Assembly (NCBI GenBank): GCA_902524385.1
Contig: CABZCZ010000001.1
Span: 135,941 to 199,940, forward strand
Direction of reading: 5' to 3'
Length of the DNA stretch: 64,000 nt
Origin: an uncultured Alphaproteobacteria bacterium
Lineage (GTDB): Bacteria > Pseudomonadota > Alphaproteobacteria > HIMB59 > GCA-002718135
Shown: positions 45,011 through 55,420 of the stretch, piece after piece
How positions within the stretch are numbered: position 1 is the first letter of the stretch
Layout: each line of letters starts with the position of its first letter
Position numbers and translations under genes: made by a program
The notes under the pieces: model-generated
Seen by the model: only the letters and a program-made list of their open reading frames with translations
What the model was told of the DNA's origin: nothing
The model's database searches: none

Positions 45011-46825
45011 ATGAATTCTGAAAGAAAATTAGCCACCATTCTTGCTACCGACTGTGTTAATTTTAGTAAACATATGGAGGAGAACGAAGAACTTACACTC
45101 ACCAACCTTAATGAATGCAGAAAAATAATTGATGATGTTATAGCTGAATTTGGTGGTAAAATTTTTTCAACTGCTGGTGACTCTGTTGTTGCTGAATTCC
45201 CAAGTCCTGTACAGTGCGTTAAAGCTGCTATTGAATTCCAGGATAAATTATATGAAAGAAATGAGCATTCATTAACTAAGTTACAATTAAACTGGAGAGT
45301 CGGTATTCATGTAGATGATGTAATTGTAGAAAATAATAATATTATGGGCTCAGGTGTGAATGTGGCGGCAAGACTAGAAAGTCAAAGTGAACCAGGTAAA
45401 ATTCTTGTTTCAAAAATTGTCAAAGATCAAGTTGATAAAAGAATTGATTATTCAATAGAAGCTGATGGTACAAGAAAACTAAAAAATATAAGCGATGAGT
45501 TCGAGGTTTTCAAAGTAAAAGGATTAAAAATTGATGAAAATGATTTCTTCTCTGAAGAAGTTAATGAGGAAAACAATGAAGATGAAAATAATAAAAAAGA
45601 TGATAATGTAATTATTTCACGAAATTCTTCACATCCAAAAATAGCAATACTGACATTTAAGAATGTAAGTAAAAATGATGACAGTGAATTTTTGGTAGAA
45701 GCCATTACAGGTGATTTAATTATAGAGTTTTCCAGAATGAAAGAATTTGATGTTGTATCAAAAAAAACATGTGACGATCATGATAAAAGTAATGAAGACG
45801 CACTTTCATTTGCAAAAAAACATAAAATAGATTTTTTAGTTGGTGGAAATATTAGATCAGTTGGTAATAGATTAAGAGTAGCAGTAGATTTAACTAATGC
45901 AAAAGATGGTTCCATTATATGGGGAGATCGATATGATAGAGTTCTTGAAGACATTTTTGATATTCAAGATGAAATTGTACAAAAGATATCAAAAGAATTA
46001 TTAGGTAATATAGAAATTACAAATTTACAAAATATAAAAAGAAAACCTACTGATAATTTAAATTCATATGAAAATTTAGTTATTGGAAGATATCACTGGC
46101 TCAGACAATCATCAGCAAAAGAACATAATGATAAAGCTTTATTTCACTTTGATAAAGCTCTCGAACAAGATGAAACGAATGCAAGAGCGCACTCGCTTAA
46201 AGCTTGTACAATTGGTGGTGGTCTAGGTAAACAATATTATGAAGATAATGATAAAATGATGAAAATGATATTTCACCATATTGAGAAAAGTTTAGAGCAT
46301 GATGAGAACGATTATGAAGTAAGAAGAATTAGCTCAGCCATTTCCTTAATGCAAAAAAAATATGAAGAATCAGAAGAACATGGAAAAATTGCCTACTCTA
46401 TGAATCCAAATGATCCAAGAGTTCTTGCAGTTTATGGCGAAATATTAGTAAGAAATAAAAAAATTGATCAAGGTTTAGAATTACTTCATAAAGCGCTTGA
46501 ATTAGATCCTATACCTGCTGGTCAAAAAACATCAGATAATAGATATAGAGATCTTGTATTAGGATATTTTTGTAAAAAAGATTATAATGTTTGCATAACT
46601 CAAGCTAAAAAAATTAAAGAGTTGGAGCCACGATCTTGGTTATTCCTCTTATTTTCATTGAAAGAAAAGGATAATGAAATCAATTTAAAAGAAAATGAAT
46701 ATTTTGTTAACAAATATGATGATTATTCAAAACTAGATTGGAAAGAGACAATTAAAGGTTTTCACCTACCAGATGAAGAAATGAATAAAAATTTAGAAAA
46801 TTTTACAAATAAAGTTATTAATTAA
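45011..46825 (+). CDS. class III adenylate/guanylate cyclase with C-terminal TPR-like region
   Basis: 604 aa. Motifs LATILATDCVNFS, GDSVVAEF, RVGIHVDDV and GSGVNVAARLES, followed by a helical-repeat region. Confidence 0.85.
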   Translation: MNSERKLATILATDCVNFSKHMEENEELTLTNLNECRKIIDDVIAEFGGKIFSTAGDSVVAEFPSPVQCVKAAIEFQDKLYERNEHSLTKLQLNWRVGIHVDDVIVENNNIMGSGVNVAARLESQSEPGKILVSKIVKDQVDKRIDYSIEADGTRKLKNISDEFEVFKVKGLKIDENDFFSEEVNEENNEDENNKKDDNVIISRNSSHPKIAILTFKNVSKNDDSEFLVEAITGDLIIEFSRMKEFDVVSKKTCDDHDKSNEDALSFAKKHKIDFLVGGNIRSVGNRLRVAVDLTNAKDGSIIWGDRYDRVLEDIFDIQDEIVQKISKELLGNIEITNLQNIKRKPTDNLNSYENLVIGRYHWLRQSSAKEHNDKALFHFDKALEQDETNARAHSLKACTIGGGLGKQYYEDNDKMMKMIFHHIEKSLEHDENDYEVRRISSAISLMQKKYEESEEHGKIAYSMNPNDPRVLAVYGEILVRNKKIDQGLELLHKALELDPIPAGQKTSDNRYRDLVLGYFCKKDYNVCITQAKKIKELEPRSWLFLLFSLKEKDNEINLKENEYFVNKYDDYSKLDWKETIKGFHLPDEEMNKNLENFTNKVIN

Positions 46826-47562
46826 TCTTTATTTTTTCTATCTGTAAAAGCACTTGCTAATATACCAGCTGGTAAAGCAACTGCTCCAATTCCAAACAAT
46901 GCAGTGCATACTGCTGCAAATCTACCTAAAAAAGTAATAGGAGTATAATCACCATAACCTGTTGACAATAAAGCCGCAGAACTTACCCATAAAGCTCTAG
47001 GAATTGATCCAAATGCTTTAGGTTGTAAATCTCCTTCAACAACATAAAGTAAGGTAGCAGATAATAACATTAGACTTAAAGTAATTAATAATGAAAATAT
47101 TAATTCATGCCTTCTATCATAAATTGCATGAAGTATAAAATCTACTGACTCACTAAAACGTCCAAAACGAAGAATACTAAATATTCTTATAGCTCTTAAT
47201 AATCTTACTAAGAAACCTTCATTTATTCCTATCAAAAATAATGGGATAAGTGCAATAGCATCAATTAAAGCAGGGAAAGTAAAAATATATTTTATTTTTC
47301 CGTTAAGTCCTTTAAATTTTTCTATTTGATCAACAGCAATTAATCTACAAATATACTCAATTAAAAATATAATACCAAAAAAAAGTTTCGCTGAATCAAA
47401 GAGCTGCGAATATTGCTCATAAATCAATTTTTCTGACTCAATAACAACAAAAACGCAGTTCAATATAATGAGAAAGAATATAATTTTTTCAATTAATGTA
47501 AAATCCTTCTCTTCAAGCCCAAAATGTAAGTGTTCGAATAAATACTTTGAAAATGAATTCAT
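46822..47562 (-). CDS. voltage-gated-type K+ channel (6-TM)
   Basis: 246 aa. S4 is LVRLLRAIRIFSILRFGR. K+ selectivity filter STGYGDYTP. Confidence 0.85.
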   Translation of the reverse strand: MNSFSKYLFEHLHFGLEEKDFTLIEKIIFFLIILNCVFVVIESEKLIYEQYSQLFDSAKLFFGIIFLIEYICRLIAVDQIEKFKGLNGKIKYIFTFPALIDAIALIPLFLIGINEGFLVRLLRAIRIFSILRFGRFSESVDFILHAIYDRRHELIFSLLITLSLMLLSATLLYVVEGDLQPKAFGSIPRALWVSSAALLSTGYGDYTPITFLGRFAAVCTALFGIGAVALPAGILASAFTDRKNKD

Positions 47563-47596
47563 TTTTATATAAATTCTTTATATCAAAAATTACAAA

Positions 47597-49267
47597 ATGA
47601 AAATTAACATTTTTTACTTACTGTCTAAGATTAGTATAATTTTAATAAGCTTATTATGTATTTTATCTATTCTACTATTTTATAATAATGCAGTTACTTT
47701 AAATTCTTTATATATACTCATTTCTGTATTTATTATTGGCTCTGTAATACGGCTAAATAAATTAAAGAAATTTACACGAGTACTATTTACTATAATTATA
47801 CTTCCCACCTTATCATATCTAATGGTGATTTTTTCCTATGATATAGTTATTCAAAAGGAATTTTTTTTAATTAATCAAACTTTAAGTATTTTTATAGATA
47901 AAATCTTATTAATAACTTTATATTTTATTCCATCAATATTCATAATGATGTTTTATAAATACGAAGTATTATCACTAAATAATAAATCAGGAACAACAAT
48001 ACCTGAGATAGTAACATTTCTTTTTCAGTTTTTATTATTTGCTATACCTTCATTTTTAGCTTTATCCTTTGTTTTTAATTTAGAACTTACAAGTATACTT
48101 GCTGCAGGTGGTATAGTTTTTGCTGCTATTGCACTTTCTTTACAATCAAGCTTATCAGATTTAATTAAAGGAATTTTTGTAAATATTGAGAGACCATTTG
48201 CGATAAATGATTGGATTACTGTTGATGACAAAACAGGTTATGTAGAAAATATTACCTGGAGAAGTACAAGAATAAGAACATTTCAGAATACTGAAGTAAT
48301 CATTCCAAATGAAATAGTTGCAGATTCAATTTTAACTAATTGGAGCAAGCAAGACAAAGAGAAAATGAGTGAAGGGTTCCATATTTTTAATAAACTATAT
48401 TTTCACCCATCTCATGATCCAGAAAATATCTCTAAGTTACTTTATAATGCTCTTAAAAAAGCTAAGCCAGTTGATGGAAGAGAACAATTAAATTTACAGT
48501 GGGTTCGTTTTATAGGCGCTAATGAATTTGGATTAGAATTTGTTGTTGCTTTTGATTGCACAAAAAGAATTTTAAAAAATTCGATGCAAGATAGTGTTAT
48601 GATGGAAATTCATAAAACTTTAAGACATGCAGGTGTTCAAATGTCTGCAGGAAAATTATATGGAAAACTTGAAGAAGATACAGGGTTGCATGCTCTTGAT
48701 ACACATAGAAACCCTGAAGATTTTGAAAAAAGAAAAGTAAGTGAATACAATCCTTATAATGAATCTGTAAAGAACAAAGTACTCCTTCAAAAAATTCCTA
48801 TTTTTATGTCTTTAAATTCCAAAGATTTAGATGAGATTGCTGAAAAAGCAGAAAGACTACATTTTGAAAAAGACGATTACATAATCAAACAAAATGATTC
48901 TGGTGATTCTCTTTACGTAATAAATGATGGAGTAGTGTCTGTTTACCTAGATAGTGAAAAAAAAGATAAAGTATTTTTAGCAAAACTTGGTGTTGGAGAT
49001 TTTGTTGGTGAAGGAAGTCTCCTCACAGGTGAACCAAGATCTGCAAATGTAATAGCTGAAACGCCTTGTATCGTAATAAAAGTAAGCAAAGATATTATTA
49101 AAAATATTTTTTCTAAAAATCCTAATGTTTATGATTATGTAGCAAATATTCTAGCACAAAGAAAAATAAAACTTGATAAGAAAAAAAATGAAAGTCAATT
49201 GACTAAAGATGAAAATAAAAATTTTGTTAATGATATTAAGAATGCGATAATAAATTTTTTAAAGTAG
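47597..49267 (+). CDS. MscS-family mechanosensitive channel fused to a cyclic-nucleotide-binding domain
   Basis: 556 aa. MscS core ...LIKGIFVNIERPFAINDWITVDDKTGYVENITWRSTRIRT... C-terminal cNMP motif GDFVGEGSLLTGEPRSANVIA. Confidence 0.85.
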   Translation: MKINIFYLLSKISIILISLLCILSILLFYNNAVTLNSLYILISVFIIGSVIRLNKLKKFTRVLFTIIILPTLSYLMVIFSYDIVIQKEFFLINQTLSIFIDKILLITLYFIPSIFIMMFYKYEVLSLNNKSGTTIPEIVTFLFQFLLFAIPSFLALSFVFNLELTSILAAGGIVFAAIALSLQSSLSDLIKGIFVNIERPFAINDWITVDDKTGYVENITWRSTRIRTFQNTEVIIPNEIVADSILTNWSKQDKEKMSEGFHIFNKLYFHPSHDPENISKLLYNALKKAKPVDGREQLNLQWVRFIGANEFGLEFVVAFDCTKRILKNSMQDSVMMEIHKTLRHAGVQMSAGKLYGKLEEDTGLHALDTHRNPEDFEKRKVSEYNPYNESVKNKVLLQKIPIFMSLNSKDLDEIAEKAERLHFEKDDYIIKQNDSGDSLYVINDGVVSVYLDSEKKDKVFLAKLGVGDFVGEGSLLTGEPRSANVIAETPCIVIKVSKDIIKNIFSKNPNVYDYVANILAQRKIKLDKKKNESQLTKDENKNFVNDIKNAIINFLK

Positions 49268-49277
49268 AGTAATCCCC

Positions 49278-50564
49278 CTACTCTTCGTCAATTTCTTTGC
49301 TAAAATCTTCTTGAAGTTTTTTTAATTCTTTAATTGCAGCTTTCATGTCGGAACTATCAAATATTTGAATATCCACGTGGTTTCCTTTTTTTGAATATGA
49401 TTTTTTTGTTTTAATATTAGTTTTATTTTTAAAACTAATTACCTTGTAAGTTTTAACAGGTCTTACAAAACCTTTAGGGATTATTTCTTCATACTCTTCA
49501 CAATTTATTTGATTTTTGACTAAATTATATGTTGTATCAGAGATTATAATTTCATTTTCTGGAGCAATAGATTGTAATCTAGAAGCTAAATTTACAGAAG
49601 ATCCTATAGCTGTATAATCACTCATTATACTTGATCCAAAATCTCCAACATTCGCAAAACCAGAAGAAATACCATATCTTACCTTCAATCCATCTTTGAC
49701 ACCTTGTCTAGTCCAAAATGATTGAAGATCATCAACTCGTTCTTTCATTTCTAGTGCCATACATATGCAATTTATAGCATCATTTTCATCACCAAGTGTT
49801 TCAGGAGCACCATGAAAGGAAAGAATTGCATCACCTATAAATTTATCGATCGTAGCATTTGAATTTATTGCAATTAAACTCATTTCACTAAGATAATTAT
49901 TTAAAATTAGAGCAAGTTTTTCTGCTTCTAACGTATCAGATAAATCAGTGAAATTTACAATATCAGAGAAAAATATTGTTAAATTTTTTCTGACATAGCT
50001 CTCTTTTGTTTTTTTACCTGACTCTTCTTCATCAAAAATAGATTTGTATACTTGAGGTGAAAGATATTTTGATAATCTATTAGCAATATTTTCTAATCTT
50101 TTAGTTTTTTCTTCAATCAATTCTCTATCTCTTAATTTTTGATCAAGTAATTCTTCCTTCTCCCTTCGAAGATTATATTCATCTGTTCGATCAACAAATT
50201 GTCCTTGAATACCATTCAAAAAAGGGAAATCTTTATTTTCAGTATAGGCAGAAAGTAAAGAATATACCTTAATTTCATTATCAATTTTAATTTCTATTTT
50301 AGGAATAATAACAAAACCATTTTTTTCTAAATGTTGTTGAAAATTTTTAATATATTCATCTCCAACTCCAAGTTGCTCTAAAATACTAGTAAAGGGGATA
50401 TTATTTACAGTTTTAAGAATAGGAAAAAATTTTTTAAAATTTTTATTTACTCTTAAAACTTCTAATTTTCGATTGGCAAAATAAGCTGCAGTAACAGCAT
50501 TAGAGAAATTAAAAAAACTTAAATCAATGACAGTTTTTTCATTAAAAAACTTATCAAGTTTCAT
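49278..50564 (-). CDS. class III adenylate cyclase with N-terminal sensor-like domain
   Basis: 428 aa. Motifs LTIFFSDIVNFTDL, KFIGDAILSFHG, RYGISSGFANVGDFGS and AIGSSVNLASRLQS. Confidence 0.85.
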   Translation of the reverse strand: MKLDKFFNEKTVIDLSFFNFSNAVTAAYFANRKLEVLRVNKNFKKFFPILKTVNNIPFTSILEQLGVGDEYIKNFQQHLEKNGFVIIPKIEIKIDNEIKVYSLLSAYTENKDFPFLNGIQGQFVDRTDEYNLRREKEELLDQKLRDRELIEEKTKRLENIANRLSKYLSPQVYKSIFDEEESGKKTKESYVRKNLTIFFSDIVNFTDLSDTLEAEKLALILNNYLSEMSLIAINSNATIDKFIGDAILSFHGAPETLGDENDAINCICMALEMKERVDDLQSFWTRQGVKDGLKVRYGISSGFANVGDFGSSIMSDYTAIGSSVNLASRLQSIAPENEIIISDTTYNLVKNQINCEEYEEIIPKGFVRPVKTYKVISFKNKTNIKTKKSYSKKGNHVDIQIFDSSDMKAAIKELKKLQEDFSKEIDEE

Positions 50565-50575
50565 TTTTTAATTGA

Positions 50576-51094
50576 TTATGGGTGATGTTTTGTAATTCCG
50601 CTGATATAATCCATTATTGCTATAACTAGGCCTGATAAAATAAATACAGCATGAATAAATATCATTAAGTAGATTTCCTCTGATGTCTTTGAACCAACAT
50701 CAATAAAAGCTTCTAATAAACCAATGCTTGAAATAGCGACAATAGAAGCAATTAATTTTAACTTTAAGCCTGAAAAATCAAGTTTACCCATCCACTCAGG
50801 TTTATCTTCAGATTGATTTGCAATATCGATTTTAGACACGAAATTCTCATATCCAGCAAAAATTACCATTAAAACTAAATTTCCAACAAGAGCTAAATCC
50901 ACAATATGTAGAACAAATACAAGAAGTTCATTTAATGTTAAGTCACCTAAGTGTGTGATTTCATAAATAAATAACGTAATAACTTTATATGTAATAACTA
51001 AAAGTGTTAAACATAATGCAACATAAACTGGAGCAAGTGCCCATCTGCTTGAAAACATTGCTCTCTCAAGAAGACCTTCAAAAAAACTACGCAT
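50576..51094 (-). CDS. YqhA/UPF0114-family membrane protein
   Basis: 172 aa. The N-terminus ...FEGLLERAMFSSRWALAPVY is typical of YqhA. Confidence 0.7.
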   Translation of the reverse strand: MRSFFEGLLERAMFSSRWALAPVYVALCLTLLVITYKVITLFIYEITHLGDLTLNELLVFVLHIVDLALVGNLVLMVIFAGYENFVSKIDIANQSEDKPEWMGKLDFSGLKLKLIASIVAISSIGLLEAFIDVGSKTSEEIYLMIFIHAVFILSGLVIAIMDYISGITKHHP

Positions 51095-51138
51095 TAAATA
51101 TAACTAATTTTTAAATAATATTTGTCAATTAAATTTTA

Positions 51139-52059
51139 TTATTTACCCCATTTATAAGTAAGCAAATCATATTTTTTTGCAAAATTAAGTAATAAATTTT
51201 TTGTATCTTGGTCTAGAGGTTTAATAGGATCTCTGCAAAAATCTGATTTTATTACTCCACCTTCTTTCATTACTGTTTTTGTAGCTCTGAAACCACATTG
51301 TCTATTTTCAAAATTTATTAAAGGCAGAATGTTATTATATATTTCTTCAGCTTTATCTTTTTCATTATTCCAAAAATGATTAATTACTGGTGCAATTTTT
51401 TCTGGAAGTAATGCTGAACTCATGCTGCCAGAAATTCCTGCTTCTAAGTCAGCATACAAAGTGATACTTTCTTCTCCATCGAAAGGTGCATCTAATCTTT
51501 CACTACAATTTTTAATAAGCGTTCTTATTTTTGAAGCAGCTTGAGCACTTTCAATTTTAAAGCATGTTAAATTTTCAATTTCATTTATCATTTTAGTTAG
51601 AAGAGGTATGGTAAGTTCTATACCGGATAAGGGAGCATCTTGAATCATGATTGGAATACCTACGTTTGAAATTTCATTAAATTGTTGAAAAATTTGATCT
51701 GAATTCCCCTTTAGTAATGCACCATGATAAGGGGGCATCATCATTATAATGTCTGCACCAAGTGATTTTGCTAATTCTGCTCTAGGACGAACAATATCAG
51801 TAGCAAAATGAGAAACTGTAACTATTGTTTTAACTCTTCCATCAATTTTTTTCATACAAAGTTTAGTTAATTTTTCTCTTTCTTTGTCTGAAATTAAAAA
51901 TTGCTCAGAATAATTAGCTAGAATGCAGATGCCTTCAACTTTTTGATCAACCATACAATCCAAAACTCTTTCCATACCATCATAATCTACCTCACCATTA
52001 TCGTGAAAAGGTGTTGGAGCTACAGGCCACATTCCATAATATTTATATTTAGTACTCAT
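51139..52059 (-). CDS. dihydrodipicolinate synthase/N-acetylneuraminate lyase-family aldolase
   Basis: 306 aa. TIM-barrel DapA-like pattern (ILANYSEQ..., PPYH, FKIES Lys region). The substrate is unknown. Confidence 0.75.
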   Translation of the reverse strand: MSTKYKYYGMWPVAPTPFHDNGEVDYDGMERVLDCMVDQKVEGICILANYSEQFLISDKEREKLTKLCMKKIDGRVKTIVTVSHFATDIVRPRAELAKSLGADIIMMMPPYHGALLKGNSDQIFQQFNEISNVGIPIMIQDAPLSGIELTIPLLTKMINEIENLTCFKIESAQAASKIRTLIKNCSERLDAPFDGEESITLYADLEAGISGSMSSALLPEKIAPVINHFWNNEKDKAEEIYNNILPLINFENRQCGFRATKTVMKEGGVIKSDFCRDPIKPLDQDTKNLLLNFAKKYDLLTYKWGK

Positions 52060-52077
52060 ATAATTTTTAATTAAATA

Positions 52078-52965
52078 TTAATTTCCATTAATAACAATAT
52101 TTTTAGTATTTTTGAAATCTTTGCTTCTTTCATTAAAAGTTATAAGCAATACTGATGAAAATACAACTATCCCCCCAATCCATGTCCATACGTCTGGAGT
52201 TTCATTAAAGACAAAAAAGCCAAAAGCTGAACCAAAAATTAATCCACTAAACCACACTGGTTGCGTTACTGATAATTCAGCATATTTATATGACAAAGCT
52301 AAAGATAGATGAAGAATTGTCCCTGATATCGCACCTATAAAAACAAATATAAAGGATTGTAATGATGGCATTTGCCAAAAATATATAGCAAGAGGCAAAG
52401 CAAAAAATGTCATAAGAGTATATTGATATGTAACCATTGTTATAGGAGAATCATCTTTAGAAACAAATTTAGATACGATAATAATTAAAGACCAGAATGT
52501 TAATGAAATTAAAATCATAATTGTTCCAATATTAAAATCTACTATCCCAGGTCTAACAATAATAAGCATTCCTATAAAACCAATTACTAATGCCAAAATA
52601 CGATACATATAAACTTTCTCTCTAAAAATTATAAAACCAAGTAAAACAACGATAATAGGACTCAAGAAATGTAAAGCTTTAAATTGCTCAAAGGGAACAT
52701 ATATTAGAGCGCCAAATCCAAGTATCATCATTGGAAGATTGAATAACCCACGAATAAAATAAAATTTAAAATTTTTTGTTTTATATGGAATAAATTTTTT
52801 TTTAATTACATATGGAAAAATTATTATAAGACCAAAAAAGAATCTTAGAAAACCGATTGTATAAACATTAGAATCATATTGCGCACTTCGAATTAACGAC
52901 TCCATTAAAACTGCAAAAAAAGATCCTGAGACAGTTAATAAAATTGCTTTTATATTATTATTCAT
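52078..52965 (-). CDS. EamA/DMT-family transporter
   Basis: 295 aa, 10 TM segments. Confidence 0.85.
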   Translation of the reverse strand: MNNNIKAILLTVSGSFFAVLMESLIRSAQYDSNVYTIGFLRFFFGLIIIFPYVIKKKFIPYKTKNFKFYFIRGLFNLPMMILGFGALIYVPFEQFKALHFLSPIIVVLLGFIIFREKVYMYRILALVIGFIGMLIIVRPGIVDFNIGTIMILISLTFWSLIIIVSKFVSKDDSPITMVTYQYTLMTFFALPLAIYFWQMPSLQSFIFVFIGAISGTILHLSLALSYKYAELSVTQPVWFSGLIFGSAFGFFVFNETPDVWTWIGGIVVFSSVLLITFNERSKDFKNTKNIVINGN

Positions 52966-53165
52966 TAGCTATTTAGGTTTAATTGAATTGATTTCTTTGC
53001 AATATCTTTTTTAAGATAGTTTTCTCTGTAAGTTATAATTAATATGGAAGAAAAAATAATTAATCCACCAATTATTGTCCAAACATCAGGAATTTCATTA
53101 AAAATTAAGAAACCGAAAAAAGAAGCAATTAGTGCTAAGACAATAGCCTTAACATTATCTGTCAT
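52965..53165 (-). CDS. EamA-derived mini-ORF (probable remnant of a tandem paralogue)
   Basis: 66 aa. MTDNVKAIVLALIASFF matches the N-terminus of the downstream transporter (MNNNIKAILLTVSGSFF). FLIFNEIPDVWTIIGGLIIFSSILIITY matches that transporter's C-terminus. Confidence 0.45.
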   Translation of the reverse strand: MTDNVKAIVLALIASFFGFLIFNEIPDVWTIIGGLIIFSSILIITYRENYLKKDIAKKSIQLNLNS

Positions 53166-53168
53166 AAT

Positions 53169-54278
53169 TTAAACAAATGGAATATCGCAAATTTCTCCTA
53201 CATATTTCTTTGAATCAATCAATATGTCGAAATTACCTTTAATAGTAAAATATGGTTTATTTATCATTGCTATGCCAATTACTTTATTGAATGTTGGTGA
53301 AAAAACTGCAGATCTTATTTCACCAATGATTTTATCATCTATAGTCAAATTAATAGCTGATCTTAAGTTTATTTTATCTAAGTTTATTTTAACACCCATT
53401 AATTTTTTTTCTATTCCACTTTTTTGAATTTTAATTAAATTATCTTTTCCAAGAAATTCTATATCATTATCTAAATTAACAAATTTATCTAATCTACATT
53501 CAAATGGATTATCATTTATATCAATATCATTTCCGTATGATAGCAAAGCACCTTCAATTCTTTCAATTTGATGGGGGCATCCTGGTTTAACATTAAATTC
53601 ACTACCTTCTTCAAATAATAAATCGTATAATTCTAATCCTGATTTAGAATCCTCTACATAAATCTCCACACCGCCCTGCTTTGACCAACCTGATCTAGCA
53701 ATTAAATGTTTAGAATTTTTAAAATTAAAATATTTAAAGTTATAAAATTTCAAATCTAAAATTTTTTTACCAAAAATTTTTTCTAATAAATTAAATGCTT
53801 TTGGACCTTGTACTGCCAAAATATTTACGTCAGGTTCAAAAATTGAAACCTCTAATTTTTTTCCAATAGCAAGGCCTTTAGCAAATAACATTACATCTGA
53901 GTCAGCAATTGAAATCCACCATTTTTCATTATTAAATTTTAGTACAACTGGATCATTAATCATGCCTCCATTTTCATCAATAATTGGACAATAATAACAT
54001 TTACCATCTAGGGCCTTACTTAAATCTCTGCATGTCATTAATTGAACTAACTGATAAGAATCCTTGCCACTAATTTCTATTTGCCTCTCAGCTGCAACAT
54101 CCCATACCTGAACGAAGTTTTTTAAATGATGATATGTTTCTTCCATACTCTCCTCAAAACCTGCTGGAAGAAGCATATGATTGTATATTGTATAAGAAGT
54201 TAGACCCTGGTTTTCAATTCTAGATGAATAAATAGTACTTCTTAATCTTCTTGATTTGGCTACAAATTGATTAAGCAT
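53169..54278 (-). CDS. dmdA: GcvT-family aminomethyltransferase, probable DMSP demethylase
   Basis: 369 aa. The N-terminus ...[30 protein letters not shown]... and [16 protein letters not shown] resemble the DmdA branch of the GcvT fold. Subfamily assignment needs phylogeny. Confidence 0.6.
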   Translation of the reverse strand: MLNQFVAKSRRLRSTIYSSRIENQGLTSYTIYNHMLLPAGFEESMEETYHHLKNFVQVWDVAAERQIEISGKDSYQLVQLMTCRDLSKALDGKCYYCPIIDENGGMINDPVVLKFNNEKWWISIADSDVMLFAKGLAIGKKLEVSIFEPDVNILAVQGPKAFNLLEKIFGKKILDLKFYNFKYFNFKNSKHLIARSGWSKQGGVEIYVEDSKSGLELYDLLFEEGSEFNVKPGCPHQIERIEGALLSYGNDIDINDNPFECRLDKFVNLDNDIEFLGKDNLIKIQKSGIEKKLMGVKINLDKINLRSAINLTIDDKIIGEIRSAVFSPTFNKVIGIAMINKPYFTIKGNFDILIDSKKYVGEICDIPFV

Positions 54279-54346
54279 GAAACCCTCGTATAAATATTTG
54301 TATTAAATTAGTCTACATCTAATTAAATTAAATTCCTCTTAATCAA

Positions 54347-54517
54347 TCAAAGAAAATAATTATAGGCAAAGTAAAAAGATAAAACAACCAATGCAATAGC
54401 TACCCAAATAGATAAGTTAGTAAAAAAAATTTTTAAATTATTGTTTGAGCTTAAGAAGGACGGTAAAACCAAGATAAATACCCCAATCATATAAATAATT
54501 GGAACTAATTTATCCAT
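54347..54517 (-). CDS. unlisted 56-codon ORF, two-TM small membrane protein
   Basis: MDKLVPIIYMIGVFILVLPSFLSSNNNLKIFFTNLSIWVAIALVVLSFYFAYNYFL*. Its ATG lies 3 nt after the stop of the upstream gene. It is below the size cut-off of the ORF track. Confidence 0.35.
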   Translation of the reverse strand: MDKLVPIIYMIGVFILVLPSFLSSNNNLKIFFTNLSIWVAIALVVLSFYFAYNYFL

Positions 54518-54520
54518 TTA

Positions 54521-55381
54521 TTAATATTTTTCCTTATCAATTAATTGACTTACAAGTAAATTTCCGAAACCTTTTTTTGAAGCTTGTTTGTAAAATGATT
54601 TTGCTACTTTTGAGAGTTTATTAGCATTTGGTAAATCTGAAACAAGATCATTAATATAATTTAAATCTTTATATGTATTATCTACAGAAAAAACATACCC
54701 TTTGTAATTACCTTTTATAGCCTTATCTGCAATTCTATCTAAAGCTACTGAATTTCCAGAACCCAGTCTAGCTACATCACATAGAAGTTTTATATTGATA
54801 TCTAGTTTTTTAGCAGATTTGAAAAATTCAATTACCGAAGTAGTAGTCATTAATGATAAAAAGTTAGACAATAGTTTTGCCGAAGATGCTTTAGACACAT
54901 CACCAAAATTAAAAACTGACCTACAAAAAGAATTTAGATATTTTTTACATTTTAAAAAATCATTTTTCTTACCGCCATAAATTCCACCTAATATACCCTG
55001 CTCACTTTGAACAGGACCACCCATTACTCCACAAAAATTATAACTGATTTTTTTTGATCGAAAAATTTTATTCATTTTTAAAGCACCATTCTTATCGTGT
55101 GTTGTTAAATCAATAACAAGTGTTTTATTATCAATGTAATTTTTTATTTTATTTGCTACATTTATAGCAATGGGCGTATTAGTTACACACATCAACAAAC
55201 AATCAATTTTAAAATTTTTAATTTCACTATAAGTTTTTAATTCTTTTGCTCCAATTTTTAGTAATTTATTAACAGGTTTTCTATTCTTATGAGCAAAAAT
55301 ATATACATTATGTTTTTTTAATAAATTTTTAGCCATACCATAACCCATATAGCCAACACCTATAAAACCTACATTACTCAT
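54521..55381 (-). CDS. NAD(P)-dependent 3-hydroxyisobutyrate/6-phosphogluconate dehydrogenase-family oxidoreductase
   Basis: 286 aa with an N-terminal GFIGVGYMGYGMAKNL Rossmann motif. Confidence 0.8.
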   Translation of the reverse strand: MSNVGFIGVGYMGYGMAKNLLKKHNVYIFAHKNRKPVNKLLKIGAKELKTYSEIKNFKIDCLLMCVTNTPIAINVANKIKNYIDNKTLVIDLTTHDKNGALKMNKIFRSKKISYNFCGVMGGPVQSEQGILGGIYGGKKNDFLKCKKYLNSFCRSVFNFGDVSKASSAKLLSNFLSLMTTTSVIEFFKSAKKLDINIKLLCDVARLGSGNSVALDRIADKAIKGNYKGYVFSVDNTYKDLNYINDLVSDLPNANKLSKVAKSFYKQASKKGFGNLLVSQLIDKEKY

Positions 55382-55420
55382 AAAAATACTATAGTGAATA
55401 AATTTTTATTTAAAAGTAAT

